This document shows, piece after piece, positions 59,643 through 64,000 of a stretch of DNA of 64,000 nucleotides. The position numbers and the translations under genes are program-made. Where the stretch lies: positions 4,288,001 to 4,352,000 of the forward strand of contig OZ242351.1 of NCBI GenBank assembly GCA_965208675.1, given 5' to 3'. Below the pieces are notes generated by a model, which saw nothing but the letters and a program-made list of their open reading frames with translations, made no database searches and was not told the DNA's origin. Position 1 is the first letter of the stretch, and each line of letters opens with the position of its first letter. This DNA is from Candidatus Poribacteria bacterium. GTDB lineage: Bacteria > Poribacteria > WGA-4E > PCPOR2b.

Positions 59643-60071
59643 ATGACGATGTTGAAAATGACGCGCCCTATCGTTGATATTGCAATTACGTGCAGCAACT
59701 TCAAAGAATCGCTTCGATTCTACCATGAACTCTTGGGATTTGAGATAGTGATGCAGGTTGACACTTCAGACGAATTGGCAGAAGCGATTGGGCTCGCACC
59801 CCGCGGGTTTCATCAAATCCGCTTAAAGGCGGGGAACACGCTGATTAAATTGATGGATATTGAATCCCCGCCGCCGTCCGCTAATCACGGCTTTGACACG
59901 GGATTGGGATGGTTCACTATTCTCATTGAAAACATAGCCGAAACCGTGAGGGAATTGAAGGGGAAGGGAGTGGAGTTTGTATCTGAGCCAGTCGATGCGC
60001 CGGAAGCTGTAGTGGCTTGTGTTAAAGCCCCCGATGGAATCCTCATTGAGTTCGTGCAACTCAAAAAGTGA
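59643..60071 (+). CDS. VOC/glyoxalase family protein
   Basis: DIAITCSN..SLRFY.ELLGF ..KAPDGILIEFVQ. Confidence 0.88.
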   Translation: MTMLKMTRPIVDIAITCSNFKESLRFYHELLGFEIVMQVDTSDELAEAIGLAPRGFHQIRLKAGNTLIKLMDIESPPPSANHGFDTGLGWFTILIENIAETVRELKGKGVEFVSEPVDAPEAVVACVKAPDGILIEFVQLKK

Positions 60072-60075
60072 AGGC

Positions 60076-61191
60076 TTAACTTAAATTGATTTCTCTTCGC
60101 TCATTTGCGGAGCGGTACATCTCCTCAATGAGACGGGCCACGGTCAAACCGATAGACGCCGTATCAATCATTTTAACCCGGCCTAACGCCCCCCAAACGA
60201 AGTGCTGCTGTGGGTCGTCGCAGCCTTCCGCCATCAATCCGAGCAATCGCATCCGTCTTTCATAAGCGTCGATATTGAAGTGGACATCAGCCTCGATGCC
60301 ATAGACATCTGTGTATAGCGTGAACGGCTGTTGTGCAGTTTCATTCGACTTTGTATCGACGTGGAACGCCAACGGTTCTAGCCGCAGCCCTCCTTTGGAT
60401 CCCATGATGCAATCTCCATCGCCGCCGTCCAGATTTACAGCCCATGCGGTCTCGACAAACATCGTGATGTCGCCTTTGAATCGAATAAAGCCGGTGCCGA
60501 TTTCTTCCACGTTGTAGCCGCTCTCTCGACAGCGGATTTCGTCCATATCCAGCGACTGAAATGTTGACGCGGTTACGGATTCAACCTCCGGATTGTTTAG
60601 CAGGTAAACCATTCTCGCCATCTGATAGACCCCTACGTCTATCAGAGCACCGCCGCCGGATTTCTGCTTCTGCACAAAATGGGGCGTCGCGTAGCCATCC
60701 ACATACACCCGTGCACGGCGGAGATAGCGACTCGTCTTAGCATAGTAGGTTCGCCCGAGTGCGCCCTCTTGGATTAAGTATTTAGCCGTTCGTGTCTCTT
60801 TGCTAAAGAGCGTTCTCATCTGCACCGCCAGTCTTTTCCCCGTCCGCTGTGCAGTGTCATACATCGCCCGCGCTTCTGCATACGTGGTCGCCATTGGTTT
60901 CTCACAGTAGACATGCTTGCCAGCTTCCAATGCTGCGATTGTAACCGGGGCATGCAAGAAATTGGGGAGACAGACATCAACACTGTCAATCTCGTCAATG
61001 TTGAGCAGGTCACGATAATCGGAAAATACGCGTGCGATGCCGTGTTCATGACCGACACGCTGTGCGGCAGCGACATTGACATCCGCTACCGCGACAATCT
61101 CAACCTCCTGGCGCATTGATTGGTAGTTTTGAATGTGGCGTTTGCCGACTAGTCCTGTTCCAATTATTCCGACTCTGAGCTTGTCTGACAT
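60076..61191 (-). CDS. Gfo/Idh/MocA family oxidoreductase
   Basis: VGIIGTG, PNFLH, AGKHVYCEKP, GGGALIDVG. Confidence 0.93.
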   Translation of the reverse strand: MSDKLRVGIIGTGLVGKRHIQNYQSMRQEVEIVAVADVNVAAAQRVGHEHGIARVFSDYRDLLNIDEIDSVDVCLPNFLHAPVTIAALEAGKHVYCEKPMATTYAEARAMYDTAQRTGKRLAVQMRTLFSKETRTAKYLIQEGALGRTYYAKTSRYLRRARVYVDGYATPHFVQKQKSGGGALIDVGVYQMARMVYLLNNPEVESVTASTFQSLDMDEIRCRESGYNVEEIGTGFIRFKGDITMFVETAWAVNLDGGDGDCIMGSKGGLRLEPLAFHVDTKSNETAQQPFTLYTDVYGIEADVHFNIDAYERRMRLLGLMAEGCDDPQQHFVWGALGRVKMIDTASIGLTVARLIEEMYRSANERREINLS

Positions 61192-61212
61192 AAGTTTCTC
61201 CACAAAACTGGT

Positions 61213-62940
61213 CTACCAGCGGACAACTTCATTGGGAATGAAATAGGTCCGGGCGATTTCCGATACGCCGATTTGTACCGGCTTGCCTTGCCACATCGGC
61301 CCAATATTTCCGGGCGGGTCGAAGTCGACGACTTCGTTTCCACGCAAGGTGACGGTTGCCTCAATGTGCCCCACCTGCATCCGCACCGTGTGCTCCGGTA
61401 AATCAAAGGTCAAAAGAAGTTCCTCTCCAACCGAACGCTGCGATATTGTCGCGTACGGCCCGTCAATGTTGAATGCTACCGATTCTCCAGATGGTCTGGA
61501 CGTGATGGCTAGCGATCTGGGGTTTAGCCATGAGGGCATACGAACCCGTAGGTTTGCCCGCTTCTTCATCTGGATACTCACCCTACCCGCATACGGTAGG
61601 TCGCTGGTTACGTCCGCAAATTTGGACGCTCGATTCATCAGCAGTTCGACCGTTACACGCTCCGGTTCCTCGTTTAGCATGCGACACCAAACGAAGTAGA
61701 GGGCTCGCGACGAATTCGCGACACAGCACTGGGTGATGCCCGGATTCCATACACGGAACTCATTGGGGCTTGCCCAAGCCGCAAAATTACCCACGAGCCG
61801 TTCGGGAACCTGCTGAATCTCATCCATCTCCGGATCAATCGGCGTCTTTGGTACGGATAAGAGTGATTCCTCTATCCACCGAGAACTCGTCAACTGGCAT
61901 TCGGTCAGCATATTTCTCACGTAACAATCTACGTGTTCCCAATAGTCCCCGATTCCCGCTTCAGTCAGCTTAAGCGCGGTTCCAGTCATTGCGGCGGTAT
62001 CGCACGCCTCGCAGTTGATAACGCCGCCGCGGTCTTGGGGCCACTCGAGATATTCCGGGAAAAAGCCAATCTCTGGAGCGCCGTGTGTCCTGGCAAATTT
62101 GTAGCCCTTTCTGGCGAACTCCGCAAACTCTCGATCGCCCGAAACGAGGGTATATTCAGAAAGCACGAGAAGTCCATTCGCGTGACAGTAGAAATGTATG
62201 GCAGATTTTGGCCCCAAATAACCCTCATGGCGCGCCAAAAATCGGCCATCCTCGTCGAAATACTCTGCATGGTAACGTATGAATCGGGCAAGTTGTCCGG
62301 CAAGATTCGCTGCAACTTCGTCGCCCGTTTCCCGAACGAACGCACATAGCCCCTGGAGCAGATAGACGCTGTGACGCGCCGGCCACCCTTTCGCATGCTC
62401 GATGCCCATGTACTCCGGGCGTCTCCCCGACTGCGTCGCCGGACGGTAGTTCAAGTCATATTTCGCCGGGATATAAGCGTAGTCATCTATCTTAGGACAA
62501 ATCGCGTCAAGGCGTTCAACCACGCGCTGTCCAGTTTCCAACCATGCTGGATCGCTTGTGAGTCGGTAATGGAGGGCAATAGCACATAGGCTGCGGCCCA
62601 TGTACACCGGATGAAGATGTCCAATACCATCGCGACGTGCATGAAGCCATTTAATCCAAGCCGCATCGACATCCATGTTGGCTAGATTGCCTGTCATCAA
62701 TCGGTTAAGCAGGAGCGGCTCGGAGAGCTTCCCCTGTGCTGATTCCCATGTGTGACTGATTCGCGGCGGGTTCACGATGATATTGCCGCGAAAGTAGGTG
62801 TCGTAATTCCGCCGCGGATTGACGCTGCGCGTGATGGCGTGTAGCGCAAGTTCAGCGCGGTACGCTAAATCGAGTGTATCGGGAACAACCCGAAGCTCGT
62901 AAAGCCCCTCGGGGATAGGTAAGGTTGATGAAGTATGCAT
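61213..62940 (-). CDS. Hypothetical protein, GH127 (beta-L-arabinofuranosidase)-like (alpha/alpha)6 fold
   Basis: 575 aa; CEACD, YVRN.L, QCC.AN and C-terminal S.LPY.G.V..LRVRMPSW beta-sandwich pattern. Confidence 0.7.
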   Translation of the reverse strand: MHTSSTLPIPEGLYELRVVPDTLDLAYRAELALHAITRSVNPRRNYDTYFRGNIIVNPPRISHTWESAQGKLSEPLLLNRLMTGNLANMDVDAAWIKWLHARRDGIGHLHPVYMGRSLCAIALHYRLTSDPAWLETGQRVVERLDAICPKIDDYAYIPAKYDLNYRPATQSGRRPEYMGIEHAKGWPARHSVYLLQGLCAFVRETGDEVAANLAGQLARFIRYHAEYFDEDGRFLARHEGYLGPKSAIHFYCHANGLLVLSEYTLVSGDREFAEFARKGYKFARTHGAPEIGFFPEYLEWPQDRGGVINCEACDTAAMTGTALKLTEAGIGDYWEHVDCYVRNMLTECQLTSSRWIEESLLSVPKTPIDPEMDEIQQVPERLVGNFAAWASPNEFRVWNPGITQCCVANSSRALYFVWCRMLNEEPERVTVELLMNRASKFADVTSDLPYAGRVSIQMKKRANLRVRMPSWLNPRSLAITSRPSGESVAFNIDGPYATISQRSVGEELLLTFDLPEHTVRMQVGHIEATVTLRGNEVVDFDPPGNIGPMWQGKPVQIGVSEIARTYFIPNEVVRW

Positions 62941-63225
62941 ACTGCTGACCCCCTTTCAAAGGATTTGATTCGGCAATCTTCTGATAAAATTTGTTAACCG
63001 CGTGAGATACTTTCCACTCTCAAAATGTTTGCTTCGGCTATTTTGTGCAGGAATTGTAGCGAGGAATACGTGTAACCAGTTTATAAAGACATATCCTCAA
63101 CTGTTTTAGCATTGCTTATCCATAAAAAAGGTTTCACGTTAAACGATTTTTCAGCTAAAGCGTCAAATTGACATGATGCTAATTTATTGACCATGTTTTC
63201 CAAAAAGAATAAGGAGAATGAAACA

Positions 63226-63819
63226 ATGGAAATGCGAAACTGGCCGCACAAGCATTGGATTTATGAATCTGTTGTGTTCTTGTTTATACTTTCACTCATT
63301 GGCTGCGACGCCCTGGAACAGGCGCAGCAACGGCGGAATAAACGACTTAATCCGAACTTTACCCAACAGAATCCGCCTTCAAGTGTTCAAAGCGCAACAA
63401 CTTCGCTCACCAATCAACCCGCGCCATCCTTCACGTTGCAGGATTTAAACGGTAATCAGGTGAGTCTGGCAGATTTCAAAGGCAAGCCAGTTATTTTAAA
63501 CTTCTGGACGACTTCGTGAGGGCCATGTCGTGTGGAGGTTCCACACTTGAACAGGCTATACCAGAAATACAAAGATCAAGGGCTAGTGGTCATTGGTGTG
63601 AGCAGTGAACCAGATTCTAGAGTGAAAAGTTTTGTGCAACGGACACCAATCGCTTATACCATCCTGTTGAACGGGCAGGCTCAATTTCAGGCATACAGTG
63701 TGCAGGGTGTCCCATCCACCTATTATATTGATAAAGAGGGCATTGTGCGCTACCGTGAGGTTGGCTTTGGACCCGGCGGCGAGATAGCCATAGAGCAGAA
63801 GATAAAGGAACTCCTTTAA
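63226..63819 (+). CDS. TlpA/ResA-like thioredoxin-fold lipoprotein, selenoprotein (UxxC)
   Basis: One frame joins the two track ORFs: [26 protein letters not shown](63517)[10 protein letters not shown]..[12 protein letters not shown]; AAGGAG RBS; lipobox LIGC. Confidence 0.88.
63522..63556 (+). promoter_or_regulatory. Bacterial SECIS-like hairpin
   Basis: GTGTGGA-GGT-TCCACAC upper stem beginning 11 nt after the UGA, with outer GCC.TGT/ACA.GGC pairing. Confidence 0.7.
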
Positions 63820-63890
63820 CTACGCCCATCAATAGAACAATTTATCCGCAAACGTTTGAGAATTTGTAAATTGAATGAAAAGGTACCGCC

Positions 63891-64000
63891 TTAGAATTCT
63901 GGATATCCTTCTGTGTCCAATTCAGGAGACTCCGGTGGTTGAGAAATTATGTCCGCCGATTCATTTCCAGTTACTTCAATTTCGACGATTCGGGCGGTAC
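63891..64000 (-). CDS. 3' end of a CDS truncated by the window edge
   Basis: Open frame ..TARIVEIEVTGNESADIISQPPESPELDTEGYPEF* (TAA at 63891-63893). Confidence 0.45.
   Translation of the reverse strand, partial: TARIVEIEVTGNESADIISQPPESPELDTEGYPEF

Noticed and set aside
63187-63819. Two separate small genes or a nonsense pseudogene
   Set aside because: The stop coincides with the catalytic Cys and is followed by a SECIS-like hairpin, so Sec readthrough is the better explanation.

Overview
Bacterial chromosomal window of about 48-50% GC from a diderm organism. The gene content (many LamG proteins ending in an AVxxxGKLxxxWGxLK motif, a DUF6785-like membrane protein, dense GTAG-type repeats) suggests Candidatus Poribacteria; this is an inference. 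The left end is core genome: M28 peptidase, recR, ybaB, dnaX, a large Alu-containing SRP RNA, six tRNAs and tadA. A repeat-rich accessory island (about 7.0-14.7 kb) follows, holding a DarT1-NADAR (DarTG1) toxin-antitoxin pair, decayed gene remnants and an unusual two-gene ParB-like operon preceded by four AATGCTCA octamers. The rest encodes a non-canonical PolX-PHP, a rhomboid-TPR protease, UPF0182 with a duplicated insert, an NtrC-family regulator, glycosyltransferases, GGT, five secreted LamG proteins (two with sigma54 promoters), a RecQ-like helicase, an RRM protein, a sigma70-family factor, queF, a T9SS-like three-gene cargo/barrel cluster, hflKC, lipA and a TlpA-like UxxC selenoprotein with a SECIS-like hairpin. 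The best candidates for undescribed biology are the ParB-like pair with its octamer array and a putative C-terminal protein-sorting system. All family calls come from motif recognition by eye; no searches were run.
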